A DNA stretch of 32,000 nucleotides from Pseudomonas aeruginosa (GTDB lineage Bacteria; Pseudomonadota; Gammaproteobacteria; Pseudomonadales; Pseudomonadaceae), in NCBI RefSeq assembly GCF_001457615.1, contig NZ_LN831024.1:720001-752000 (forward strand). Direction: 5' to 3'. How positions within the stretch are numbered: position 1 is the first letter of the stretch; each line of letters begins with the position of its first letter. The notes beneath the pieces were generated by a model. That model made no database searches, was not told the DNA's origin, and saw only the letters and a program-made list of their open reading frames with translations. Of the stretch, positions 11,722 through 23,622 are shown one piece after another. The position numbers and the translations under genes were made by a program.

Positions 11722-13050
11722 ATGGCTAAGCAAGGTGCTCTCTCTGCGCTAAGCAACGGCGGTCTGTCCGAGCTCTGGGCACGTCTGCGTTTCCTATTCC
11801 TGGCGATCATCGTCTATCGGATCGGCGCGCACATCCCAGTTCCGGGCATCAACCCCGATCGCTTGGCGGCACTGTTCCGGCAGAACGAGGGGACCATTCT
11901 TAGCCTCTTCAACATGTTTTCCGGCGGCGCGCTGGAGCGCATGAGTATCTTTGCACTGGGGATCATGCCGTACATCTCGGCATCGATCATCATGCAGCTC
12001 ATGACCGCTATCAGCCCGCAGCTGGAGCAGTTGAAGAAAGAGGGTGAGTCTGGGCGTCGCAAGATCAGCCAGTACACCCGCTACGGTACTGTAGTCCTGG
12101 CACTGGTCCAGGCCATCGGCATGTCCGTTGGCCTGGGCAGCCAGGGCGTAGCCTTCTCCAACGACTTCGGCTTCTACTTCGTGGCTGTCACCACCTTCGT
12201 GGCTGGTGCCATGTTCATGATGTGGCTGGGCGAGCAGATCACCGAGCGCGGTGTCGGCAACGGCATCTCGATGTTGATCTTCGCTGGTATCGTTGCAGGC
12301 CTGCCGCGCGCCATCGGTCAGTCTTTCGAGTCTGCCCGTCAAGGTGACATCAACATCTTCGCCCTGATCGGCGTCGGCCTGCTGGCCGTGGCGATCATCG
12401 CGTTCGTGGTGTTCATCGAGCGTGGCCAGCGTCGCATCGCGGTGCATTACGCCAAGCGCCAGCAAGGCCGCAAGGTGTTTGCAGCGCAGACCAGCCATCT
12501 GCCGTTGAAGGTGAACATGGCGGGTGTGATTCCCGCGATTTTCGCCAGCAGTATCCTGCTGTTCCCGGCGTCCCTGGGCTCCTGGTTCGGTCAGTCGGAA
12601 GGCTTGGGTTGGTTGCAGGACGTCGCGCAAGCGATCGCTCCGGGGCAGCCGCTGAACATCTTGCTGTTCACTGCAGGGATCGTTTTCTTCTGCTTCTTCT
12701 ATACAGCGCTGATGTTCAACCCGAAGGACGTGGCGGAGAACCTCAAGAAGTCCGGTGCATTTATTCCGGGCATCCGTCCGGGCGAACAGTCCGCTCGCTA
12801 CATCGATGGCGTGCTGACCCGTTTGACCATGTTCGGTGCTCTGTACATGACGGCTGTCTGCCTGCTGCCCCAGTTCCTGGTGGTTGCGGCGCACGTGCCG
12901 TTCTATCTTGGCGGGACCTCGCTGTTGATCGTGGTCGTGGTTGTCATGGACTTTATGGCCCAGGTGCAATCTCACCTCGTTTCTCACCAGTATGAATCCC
13001 TGATGAAGAAAGCCAACCTGAAGGGCTACGGCAGCGGCATGCTGCGCTGA
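11722..13050 (+). CDS. secY: Preprotein translocase subunit SecY
   Basis: 442 aa multi-span membrane protein, [48 protein letters not shown]...; position between rplO and rpmJ. Confidence 0.98.
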   Translation: MAKQGALSALSNGGLSELWARLRFLFLAIIVYRIGAHIPVPGINPDRLAALFRQNEGTILSLFNMFSGGALERMSIFALGIMPYISASIIMQLMTAISPQLEQLKKEGESGRRKISQYTRYGTVVLALVQAIGMSVGLGSQGVAFSNDFGFYFVAVTTFVAGAMFMMWLGEQITERGVGNGISMLIFAGIVAGLPRAIGQSFESARQGDINIFALIGVGLLAVAIIAFVVFIERGQRRIAVHYAKRQQGRKVFAAQTSHLPLKVNMAGVIPAIFASSILLFPASLGSWFGQSEGLGWLQDVAQAIAPGQPLNILLFTAGIVFFCFFYTALMFNPKDVAENLKKSGAFIPGIRPGEQSARYIDGVLTRLTMFGALYMTAVCLLPQFLVVAAHVPFYLGGTSLLIVVVVVMDFMAQVQSHLVSHQYESLMKKANLKGYGSGMLR

Positions 13051-13078
13051 TAGACCCGTAAGGTTCGAGGAGTTGGTG

Positions 13079-13195
13079 ATGAAAGTTCGTGCATCGGTCA
13101 AGAAGCTGTGCCGTAACTGCAAAATCATCCGTCGCGATGGCATCGTGCGGGTGATCTGCAGCGCGGAACCGCGTCACAAGCAGCGCCAAGGCTGA
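13079..13195 (+). CDS. rpmJ: 50S ribosomal protein L36 (Cys-containing, zinc-ribbon type)
   Basis: Read directly from sequence (too short for the ORF track): [38 protein letters not shown], 38 aa. Confidence 0.96.
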
Positions 13196-13213
13196 TTGTG
13201 ATCCACGCGTGAT

Positions 13214-13241
13214 AACCCGGCAGCTAGTGTGCTGCCGGGTT
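13214..13241 (+). terminator. Terminator-like or attenuator hairpin between rpmJ and rpsM
   Basis: AACCCGGCAGC (13214-13224) - TAGTGT - GCTGCCGGGTT (13231-13241): perfect 11-bp stem, followed by T-rich GATTATTTG but no clean T run. Confidence 0.6.
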
Positions 13242-13268
13242 GATTATTTGCTATTACAGCGCTAATAT
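13240..13268 (+). promoter_or_regulatory. Candidate promoter of the alpha operon (rpsM-rplQ)
   Basis: TTGATT (13240-13245), 17-bp spacer, TAATAT (13263-13268); overlaps the end of the preceding hairpin. Confidence 0.45.
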
Positions 13269-13325
13269 CCGCGCCCTTTCTTGGCTTCCTGGGCGCAGGG
13301 TAGCTGTCAATTGGAGTTTTTCTGA

Positions 13326-13682
13326 ATGGCCCGTATTGCAGGCGTCAACATTCCGGATAACAAGCACACTGTTATCTCGCTGACCTACATCTATGGTGTT
13401 GGTCGCACTACTGCTCAGAGCATCTGCGCAGCCACCGGCGTAAACCCGGCTGCCAAGATCAAGGACCTGAGCGACGAGCAGATCGATCAGCTGCGTAACG
13501 AAGTCGCGAAGATCACCACCGAAGGTGACCTGCGTCGCGAAATCAACATGAACATCAAGCGTCTGATGGACCTCGGTTGCTACCGCGGTCTGCGTCATCG
13601 TCGCGGTCTGCCGGTTCGCGGTCAGCGTACCAAGACCAACGCGCGTACCCGCAAGGGCCCGCGTAAGCCGATCCGCAAGTAA
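13326..13682 (+). CDS. rpsM: 30S ribosomal protein S13
   Basis: 118 aa, [41 protein letters not shown]. Confidence 0.98.
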   Translation: MARIAGVNIPDNKHTVISLTYIYGVGRTTAQSICAATGVNPAAKIKDLSDEQIDQLRNEVAKITTEGDLRREINMNIKRLMDLGCYRGLRHRRGLPVRGQRTKTNARTRKGPRKPIRK

Positions 13683-13700
13683 TCGCGTAGGAATCTAGTC

Positions 13701-14090
13701 ATGGCAAAACCTGCTGCTCGTCCCCGTAAGAAAGTCAAAAAGACAGTGGTCGATGGGATCGCCCACATCCACGCGTCTTTCAACAACACCATCGTGACCA
13801 TCACCGACCGTCAGGGCAACGCACTGTCCTGGGCGACCTCCGGTGGTTCCGGTTTCCGCGGCTCGCGTAAGAGCACCCCGTTCGCTGCCCAGGTAGCGGC
13901 CGAGCGTGCCGGCCAGGCTGCCCTGGAATACGGTCTGAAGAACCTGGACGTCAACGTCAAGGGCCCGGGCCCGGGCCGCGAGTCCGCCGTTCGCGCTCTG
14001 AATGCTTGCGGCTACAAGATCGCCAGCATCACCGACGTAACCCCGATCCCGCATAACGGCTGCCGTCCGCCGAAAAAGCGTCGCGTGTAA
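13701..14090 (+). CDS. rpsK: 30S ribosomal protein S11
   Basis: 129 aa, ...[53 protein letters not shown]. Confidence 0.98.
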   Translation: MAKPAARPRKKVKKTVVDGIAHIHASFNNTIVTITDRQGNALSWATSGGSGFRGSRKSTPFAAQVAAERAGQAALEYGLKNLDVNVKGPGPGRESAVRALNACGYKIASITDVTPIPHNGCRPPKKRRV

Positions 14091-14106
14091 TAGGAGACAG
14101 TGAGAA

Positions 14107-14727
14107 ATGGCTCGTTACATTGGTCCCAAGTGCAAACTGTCTCGCCGTGAAGGCACCGACCTGTTCCTGAAGAGCGGCGCCCGCGCCCTCGACTCGAAGT
14201 GCAAGGCTGAAAACGTTCCTGGCCAGCATGGCCAGCGTCGTGGCCGTCTGTCCGACTACGGTCTGCAGCTGCGTGAAAAGCAGAAAGTACGTCGCATCTA
14301 CGGCGTGCTGGAGCGTCAGTTCCGCGGTTACTACCAGGAAGCTTCCCGTCGCAAGGGTTCTACCGGTGAGAACCTGCTGCAACTGCTCGAGTGCCGCCTG
14401 GACAACGTCGTATACCGCATGGGCTTCGGTTCCACTCGTTCGGAATCCCGCCAGCTGGTATCCCACAAGGCCATCACCGTCAACGGTCAGACCGTCAACA
14501 TCCCTTCCTACCAAGTGAAGGCCGGTGACGTCGTAGCTGTTCGCGAAAAATCGAAGAACCAGCTGCGTATCGCTCAGGCTCTGGAACTCTGTGGCCAGCG
14601 CGGTCGCGTCGAGTGGGTCGAAGTCGACCTCGACAAGAAGGCTGGTACCTTCAAGAGTGCTCCGGCTCGCAGCGACCTGTCCGCTGATATCAACGAAAAC
14701 CTGATTGTCGAGCTCTACTCCAAGTAA
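14107..14727 (+). CDS. rpsD: 30S ribosomal protein S4
   Basis: 206 aa, [60 protein letters not shown]. Confidence 0.98.
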   Translation: MARYIGPKCKLSRREGTDLFLKSGARALDSKCKAENVPGQHGQRRGRLSDYGLQLREKQKVRRIYGVLERQFRGYYQEASRRKGSTGENLLQLLECRLDNVVYRMGFGSTRSESRQLVSHKAITVNGQTVNIPSYQVKAGDVVAVREKSKNQLRIAQALELCGQRGRVEWVEVDLDKKAGTFKSAPARSDLSADINENLIVELYSK

Positions 14728-14749
14728 GGGCTAGAAAATAGGTGCATCC

Positions 14750-15751
14750 ATGCAGAGTTCGGTAAATGAGTTCCTGACCCCCCGCCACATCGATGTGCAG
14801 GTGGTCAGTCAAACCCGCGCCAAGATCACGCTCGAGCCTCTCGAGCGTGGTTTTGGTCACACCCTGGGCAACGCGCTGCGTCGCATCCTGTTGTCCTCCA
14901 TGCCTGGCTGCGCAGTGGTCGAGGCCGAGATCGACGGCGTACTCCACGAGTACTCGGCGATCGAAGGTGTGCAGGAAGATGTAATCGAGATCCTGCTGAA
15001 CCTGAAAGGTCTGGCCATCAAGCTGCACGGTCGTGATGAAGTGACGCTGACCCTGGCTAAGAAGGGCTCGGGTGTTGTGACTGCTGCCGATATTCAGCTG
15101 GATCACGATGTTGAGATCATCAACGGTGACCACGTTATCGCCAACCTGGCAGACAACGGCGCGCTGAACATGAAGCTGAAGGTAGCTCGTGGCCGTGGCT
15201 ACGAGCCTGCCGACGCACGTCAGAGCGATGAAGACGAAAGCCGCAGCATCGGCCGTCTGCAGCTCGACGCATCGTTCAGCCCGGTCCGTCGTGTCTCCTA
15301 CGTGGTGGAAAACGCCCGTGTCGAGCAGCGCACCAACCTGGACAAACTGGTCCTGGACCTGGAAACCAACGGCACTCTGGATCCCGAAGAGGCTATCCGT
15401 CGCGCCGCTACCATCCTGCAACAGCAGCTGGCAGCGTTCGTGGACCTCAAGGGCGACAGCGAACCCGTCGTTGAAGAGCAGGAAGACGAGATCGATCCGA
15501 TCCTCCTGCGCCCGGTCGATGACCTGGAACTGACCGTACGTTCGGCCAACTGCCTGAAGGCGGAAAACATCTACTACATCGGTGACCTGATCCAGCGCAC
15601 CGAAGTGGAGCTGTTGAAAACGCCGAACCTGGGCAAGAAGTCCCTGACCGAAATCAAGGACGTTCTGGCTTCCCGTGGTCTGTCCCTCGGTATGCGCCTC
15701 GATAACTGGCCGCCGGCAAGTCTTAAGAAAGACGACAAGGCCACTGCCTGA
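14750..15751 (+). CDS. rpoA: RNA polymerase subunit alpha
   Basis: 333 aa, [81 protein letters not shown]...; C-terminal domain [61 protein letters not shown]. Confidence 0.99.
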
Positions 15752-15794
15752 TCGTCGTAACTACCGAACGTAAAGTTTGGAAAGGAATTGAACC

Positions 15795-16184
15795 ATGCGC
15801 CATCGTAAAAGTGGTCGTCACCTGAGCCGCACCAGCGCGCACCGCAAGGCTATGTTCCAGAACATGGCGGTGTCGCTGTTCGAACACGAACTGATCAAAA
15901 CCACCCTGCCCAAGGCCAAGGAACTGCGTCGCGTTGCCGAGCCGCTGATCACCCTGGCCAAGGAAGACAGCGTCGCCAACCGTCGCCTGGCTTTCGACCG
16001 TACCCGTTCGAAAGCTGCCGTTGGCAAGCTGTTCAACGACCTGGGCAAGCGCTACGCCAACCGTCCGGGCGGCTACCTGCGCATCCTGAAGTGCGGTTTC
16101 CGCGCTGGCGACAACGCCCCCATGGCGTACGTCGAGCTGGTTGATCGTCCTGTCGGCGGTGAAGTCGTAGAAGCTGCCGAATAA
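15795..16184 (+). CDS. rplQ: 50S ribosomal protein L17
   Basis: 129 aa, [67 protein letters not shown]. Confidence 0.98.
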
Positions 16185-16201
16185 GGCATCTGCTGCACAA
16201 G

Positions 16202-16227
16202 AAACCGGGCCCAGGCCCGGTTTTTTT
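16202..16227 (+). terminator. Rho-independent terminator after rplQ
   Basis: ACCGGGC (16204-16210) - CCAG - GCCCGGT (16215-16221) followed by a run of T to 16227. Confidence 0.93.
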
Positions 16228-16465
16228 ATTACCTGCCTTAAAGTTTTTATCTATCGGCTCGCTGTCTTTAATAAATTGGATTGTGGGAGGGCTGTCATTC
16301 ATCCTTAACCTGCTTTTACGAAAAGCTACGTTCGGATAAGCGAGATCAATGCAAAGGGCGCTTGGTTCAGCCGACAGGTTGTCCTCCGCCAATCCCTGGT
16401 CCACGCTGATGATTTCCGTGTAGCCGCTTCGCTTCATAGCACGTTAGCCGTTGAGGAGAGAGTAA

Positions 16466-17914
16466 ATGGAAGAGAAGACCCGCCTGACCACTGCCGCTGG
16501 CGCACCGGTGGTCGATAACCAGAACGTGCAGACCGCCGGTCCGCGGGGCCCGATGTTGCTGCAGGACGTGTGGTTCCTCGAGAAGCTCGCCCACTTCGAT
16601 CGCGAAGTGATCCCCGAGCGACGCATGCATGCGAAAGGCTCCGCGGCCTACGGCACCTTCACCGTCACCCATGACATCACCCCCTACACCCGGGCGAAGA
16701 TCTTCTCCCAGGTCGGCAAGAAGACCGATATGTTCCTGCGCTTCTCCACCGTCGCCGGTGAGCGTGGCGCGGCGGATGCCGAGCGAGACATCCGCGGCTT
16801 CTCCATGCGTTTCTACACCGAGCAGGGCAACTGGGACCTGGTCGGCAACAACACCCCGGTGTTCTATCTGCGCGACCCGCTCAAGTTCCCCGATCTCAAC
16901 CACGTGGTGAAGCGTGACCCGCGCACCAACCTGCGCAATGCGACCTTCAAGTGGGACTTTTTCTCTCACCTCCCCGAGTCGCTGCATCAGTTGACCATCG
17001 ACTTCAGCGACCGCGGCCTGCCGAAGAGCTATCGGCACATCCATGGTTTCGGCAGCCATACCTTCAGCTTCATCAATGCGAACAACGAGCGCTTCTGGGT
17101 CAAGTTCCACTTCAAGACCCAACAGGGCATCGAGAACCTGACCAACGCCGAGGCTGCCGAAGTGATCGCCCAGGACCGCGAGAGTTCGCAGCGCGACTTG
17201 TACGAGAGCATCGAGAAAGGCGACTTCCCGCGCTGGAAGATGTACGTGCAGATCATGCCCGAGAAGGAAGCGGCCACCTATCGCTACAACCCGTTCGACC
17301 TGACCAAGGTCTGGCCCCACGGCGACTACCCGTTGATCGAAGTGGGCTTCTTCGAGCTGAACCGTAACCCGGACAACTACTTCGCCGAGGTCGAGCAGGC
17401 CGCTTTCACGCCGGCCAACGTGGTGCCCGGTATCGGTTTCTCGCCGGACAAGATGCTCCAGGGCCGTCTGTTCTCCTACGGCGACGCCCATCGCTATCGC
17501 CTGGGCGTCAACCACCACCAGATCCCGGTGAACGCCGCGCGTTGCCCGCACCAGGTCTACCACCGCGACGGCGGCATGCGGGTGGACGGCAACAACGCCC
17601 ATCAGCGCGTCACCTACGAGCCGAACAGCTTCAACCAGTGGCAGGAGCAGCCTGACTTCTCCGAGCCGCCGCTGAGCCTGGAGGGCGCGGCGGACCACTG
17701 GAACCACCGGGTGGACGACGACTACTACAGCCAGCCCGCCGCGCTGTTCCATCTGTTCACCGACGAGCAGAAGCAGCGGCTGTTCGCCAACATCGCCGAA
17801 GACATCCGCGATGTACCGGAACAGATCCAGCGTCGCCAGATCGGCCTGTTCCTCAAGGTCGACCCGGCCTACGGCAAAGGCGTCGCCGACGCCCTCGGCC
17901 TGAAGCTGGACTGA
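16466..17914 (+). CDS. katA: Clade-3-like monofunctional haem catalase KatA
   Basis: 482 aa, [72 protein letters not shown]...[54 protein letters not shown]; RBS GAGGAG upstream. Confidence 0.97.
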
Positions 17915-17933
17915 TGGCCTGATGAGGCCCCCG

Positions 17934-17961
17934 GCCCCCTTCCTAGGAAGGGGGCTTTTTT
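17934..17961 (+). terminator. Rho-independent terminator after katA
   Basis: GCCCCCTTC (17934-17942) - CTAG - GAAGGGGGC (17947-17955) then TTTTTT. Confidence 0.93.
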
Positions 17962-18043
17962 ATCTGCATTGGCTTGACCCGGATCAGGCGGAGCCGGGAG
18001 CATATGCGGCTAGATTCCTAGTTTTCTCCAGGGAGAGCCCCCG

Positions 18044-18508
18044 ATGCAAGGCCATCCGGAAGTCATCGATTACCTCAACACGCTGCTGACCGGCGAGCTG
18101 GCCGCGCGCGACCAGTACTTCATCCACTCGCGCATGTACGAGGACTGGGGCTTCAGCAAGCTCTACGAGCGCCTCAACCACGAGATGGAGGAGGAGACCC
18201 AGCACGCCGACGCCCTGCTGCGCCGTATCCTCCTGCTCGAAGGTACGCCGCGCATGCGTCCCGACGATATCCACCCGGGCACCACGGTGCCGGAGATGCT
18301 CGAGGCCGACCTCAAGCTCGAGCGCCATGTCCGCGCCGCGCTGGCCAAGGGCATCGCCCTCTGCGAGCAGCACAAGGACTTCGTCAGCCGCGACATCCTC
18401 AAGGCCCAGTTGGCCGACACCGAGGAAGACCACGCCTACTGGTTGGAGCAACAGCTTGGCCTGATCGCCAGGATGGGCCTGGAGAACTACCTGCAATCGC
18501 AGATCTGA
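18044..18508 (+). CDS. bfrA: Bacterial ferritin-like protein annotated as bacterioferritin BfrA (reclassified FtnA)
   Basis: 154 aa, [67 protein letters not shown]; ferroxidase E..ExxH residues; located after katA. Confidence 0.93.
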
Positions 18509-18525
18509 CCCTACCCCGCGGATAC

Positions 18526-18564
18526 GAAAAAGCCCCTGCGCCTCACGGTCGCAGGGGCTTTTTC
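18526..18564. terminator. Bidirectional terminator between convergent bfrA and uvrA
   Basis: GAAAAAGCCCCTGCG (18526-18540) - CCTCACGGT - CGCAGGGGCTTTTTC (18550-18564): perfect 15-bp inverted repeat with A/T tracts on both sides. Confidence 0.93.
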
Positions 18565-18579
18565 ATGAGCGCCCGGCAA

Positions 18580-21417
<2,838 letters not shown>

Positions 21418-21447
21418 AGCGGCCTCGCATGGCGGGCGAAAACCGCT

Positions 21448-21477
21448 GATTATACGGCTGGCCGCTAGCGCGCGGCA
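21448..21477 (-). promoter_or_regulatory. Candidate uvrA promoter
   Basis: Minus strand TTGCCG (21477-21472), 18-bp spacer, TATAAT (21453-21448), 31 bp upstream of the GTG start. Confidence 0.55.
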
Positions 21478-21630
21478 AAGTGGCGCGCCTGTGCCGCGAG
21501 GGGGCGGACTGGTAGAATGCGCGGCATTTTTCCGGCGCGGGCATTGCCCCGGCCGCCCAGGAGCGGGCGGCGGCGCCATCGGCAGGGGCATGAGGCCTTG
21601 CCCTGCAGCGGTTTCTTCCATGAGGGTGTT

Positions 21631-23019
21631 ATGCACGACTCACATACTGAGCGGATGAGCGGTACCGAAACGCGAGCGGCCGTCGGGCTGTCACTGGTAT
21701 TCGCCTTCCGCATGCTCGGCATGTTCATGGTCCTGCCGGTGCTGGCCACCTACGGCCAGGACCTGGCCGGCGCGACCCCGGCGCTGATCGGCCTGGCCAT
21801 CGGCGCCTATGGCCTGACCCAGGCGATCCTGCAGATTCCCTTCGGGACCATTTCCGACCGCATCGGCCGGCGCCCGGTGATCGTCGTCGGGCTGCTGATC
21901 TTCGCCGCCGGCGCGGCCCTCGCGGCCAATGCCGACTCCATCTGGGGGGTGATCGCCGGCCGCGTCCTGCAGGGCGCCGGGGCGATCTCGGCGGCGGTGA
22001 TGGCGCTGCTCTCCGACCTCACCCGCGAGCAGCACCGGACCAAGGCGATGGCGATGATCGGCATGAGCATCGGCGTCTCCTTCGCCGTGGCCATGGTGCT
22101 CGGCCCGGTGCTGACCCATCTGTTCGGCCTGCATGGGCTGTTCTGGTTCACCGCCGGGATGGCGCTGGTCGGCCTGCTGCTGATCCTGTTCTTCGTCCCG
22201 CAGCCGGACCACATGACCCAGCACCGCGAATCCAGCGTGGCGCGCCAGGCCCTGCTGCCGACCCTGAAGCACGGCGACCTGCTGCGCCTGGACGCCGGCA
22301 TCCTGATCCTCCACGCCATCCTCATGGCCAGCTTCGTCGCCTTGCCGCTGGCACTGGTGCACGAGGGGGGCCTGCCCAAGGAGCAGCACTGGTGGGTCTA
22401 CCTGACCGCGCTGCTGGTCGGTTTCTTCGGCATGGTGCCGTTCATCATCTACGCCGAGAAGAAGCGTCGCATGAAGCGCGTGCTGACCGGCGCGGTGGCG
22501 ACCCTGCTGGCCTGCGAACTGTTCTTCCTGGTCTTCGGTCACAGCCTGGCCATGCTGGTGGTCGGCACGGTGGTGTTCTTCACTGCCTTCAACCTGCTCG
22601 AAGCCTCGCTGCCGTCGCTGGTCAGCAAGGTCTCGCCGGCCGGCGGCAAGGGCACGGCGATGGGGGTGTATTCCACCAGCCAGTTCCTCGGCGCGGCGCT
22701 GGGCGGCATCCTCGGCGGCTGGATGTTCCAGCACGGCGGGCTGAGCATGGTGTTCATCGGATGCGCGGTGCTCGCTGCCCTCTGGCTGGCGATTGCTGTT
22801 ACCATGCGCGAACCGCCTTATGTGACCAGCATTCGCCTGCCGCTCGCGCCCGCCGCGCTGCAGGACGCGGTGCTGGTCCAGCGATTCAGGGCGTTGCCCG
22901 GTGTGGCAGACGCCGTGGTGGTGGCCGAGGAGGCCGCCGCCTATGTCAAAGTGGATACCCAACAAGTGGATCGCACCGCCCTCGAGCGCCTGGCCCAGGC
23001 CGCGCCGGGCGGATGCTGA
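21631..23019 (+). CDS. MFS transporter, YajR-like, with C-terminal ferredoxin-like (YAM) domain
   Basis: 462 aa from ATG 21631; [96 protein letters not shown]; soluble tail [34 protein letters not shown]. Confidence 0.88.
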   Translation: MHDSHTERMSGTETRAAVGLSLVFAFRMLGMFMVLPVLATYGQDLAGATPALIGLAIGAYGLTQAILQIPFGTISDRIGRRPVIVVGLLIFAAGAALAANADSIWGVIAGRVLQGAGAISAAVMALLSDLTREQHRTKAMAMIGMSIGVSFAVAMVLGPVLTHLFGLHGLFWFTAGMALVGLLLILFFVPQPDHMTQHRESSVARQALLPTLKHGDLLRLDAGILILHAILMASFVALPLALVHEGGLPKEQHWWVYLTALLVGFFGMVPFIIYAEKKRRMKRVLTGAVATLLACELFFLVFGHSLAMLVVGTVVFFTAFNLLEASLPSLVSKVSPAGGKGTAMGVYSTSQFLGAALGGILGGWMFQHGGLSMVFIGCAVLAALWLAIAVTMREPPYVTSIRLPLAPAALQDAVLVQRFRALPGVADAVVVAEEAAAYVKVDTQQVDRTALERLAQAAPGGC

Positions 23020-23035
23020 ACCTTAGGAGAACGTC

Positions 23036-23533
23036 ATGGCCCGTGGGGTTAACAAAGTCATTCTGGTTGGTAACGTCGGTGGTGACCCGGAAACCCGCTA
23101 CATGCCCAACGGCAATGCGGTGACCAACATCACCCTCGCCACCAGCGAGAGCTGGAAGGACAAGCAGACCGGCCAGCAACAGGAGCGCACCGAATGGCAC
23201 CGCGTGGTGTTCTTCGGCCGCCTGGCGGAGATCGCCGGCGAGTACCTGCGCAAGGGTTCCCAGGTCTACGTCGAAGGCAGCCTGCGCACCCGCAAGTGGC
23301 AGGGCCAGGACGGTCAGGATCGCTACACCACCGAGATCGTGGTCGACATCAACGGCAACATGCAGTTGCTCGGCGGCCGCCCCTCCGGCGACGATTCGCA
23401 GCGCGCCCCGCGCGAGCCCATGCAGCGCCCGCAGCAGGCCCCGCAGCAGCAGTCGCGTCCGGCCCCGCAGCAGCAACCGGCGCCGCAACCGGCCCAGGAC
23501 TACGACAGCTTCGACGACGACATTCCGTTCTAA
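23036..23533 (+). CDS. ssb: Single-stranded DNA-binding protein
   Basis: 165 aa; [74 protein letters not shown]; Q/P-rich linker and acidic tip DSFDDDIPF. Confidence 0.98.
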   Translation: MARGVNKVILVGNVGGDPETRYMPNGNAVTNITLATSESWKDKQTGQQQERTEWHRVVFFGRLAEIAGEYLRKGSQVYVEGSLRTRKWQGQDGQDRYTTEIVVDINGNMQLLGGRPSGDDSQRAPREPMQRPQQAPQQQSRPAPQQQPAPQPAQDYDSFDDDIPF

Positions 23534-23578
23534 GCGACGCCCTTGCGACGCGGCCCGTCCGCGCCACGGGCAGACCTT

Positions 23579-23622
23579 CGAAGACCCCCTGCCGCCCTCG
23601 GGCCGCAGGGGGTCTTCGTTTT
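23579..23622. terminator. Terminator between convergent ssb and pchA
   Basis: CGAAGACCCCCTGC (23579-23592) and GCAGGGGGTCTTCG (23605-23618): perfect 14-bp inverted repeat, followed on + strand by TTTT. Confidence 0.85.

Noticed and set aside
11794-13143. 449-aa minus ORF opposite secY/rpmJ
   Set aside because: Shadow of secY; translation is His/Asp/Gln-rich with no recognisable motif.
16367-17752. 461-aa minus ORF opposite katA
   Set aside because: Shadow of catalase coding sequence; no independent support.
17970-18020. bfrA promoter from TTGACC (17974-17979)
   Set aside because: No acceptable -10 at 16-18 bp spacing; TAGATT at 18011 is too far away. Not called.
21489-21517. Promoter for the MFS gene from TAGAAT (21512-21517)
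   Set aside because: Good -10 but no convincing -35 at the right spacing; too weak to list as a feature.
21691-22965. 424-aa minus ORF opposite the MFS gene
   Set aside because: His/Gln/Asp-rich mirror frame with no coherent protein features.
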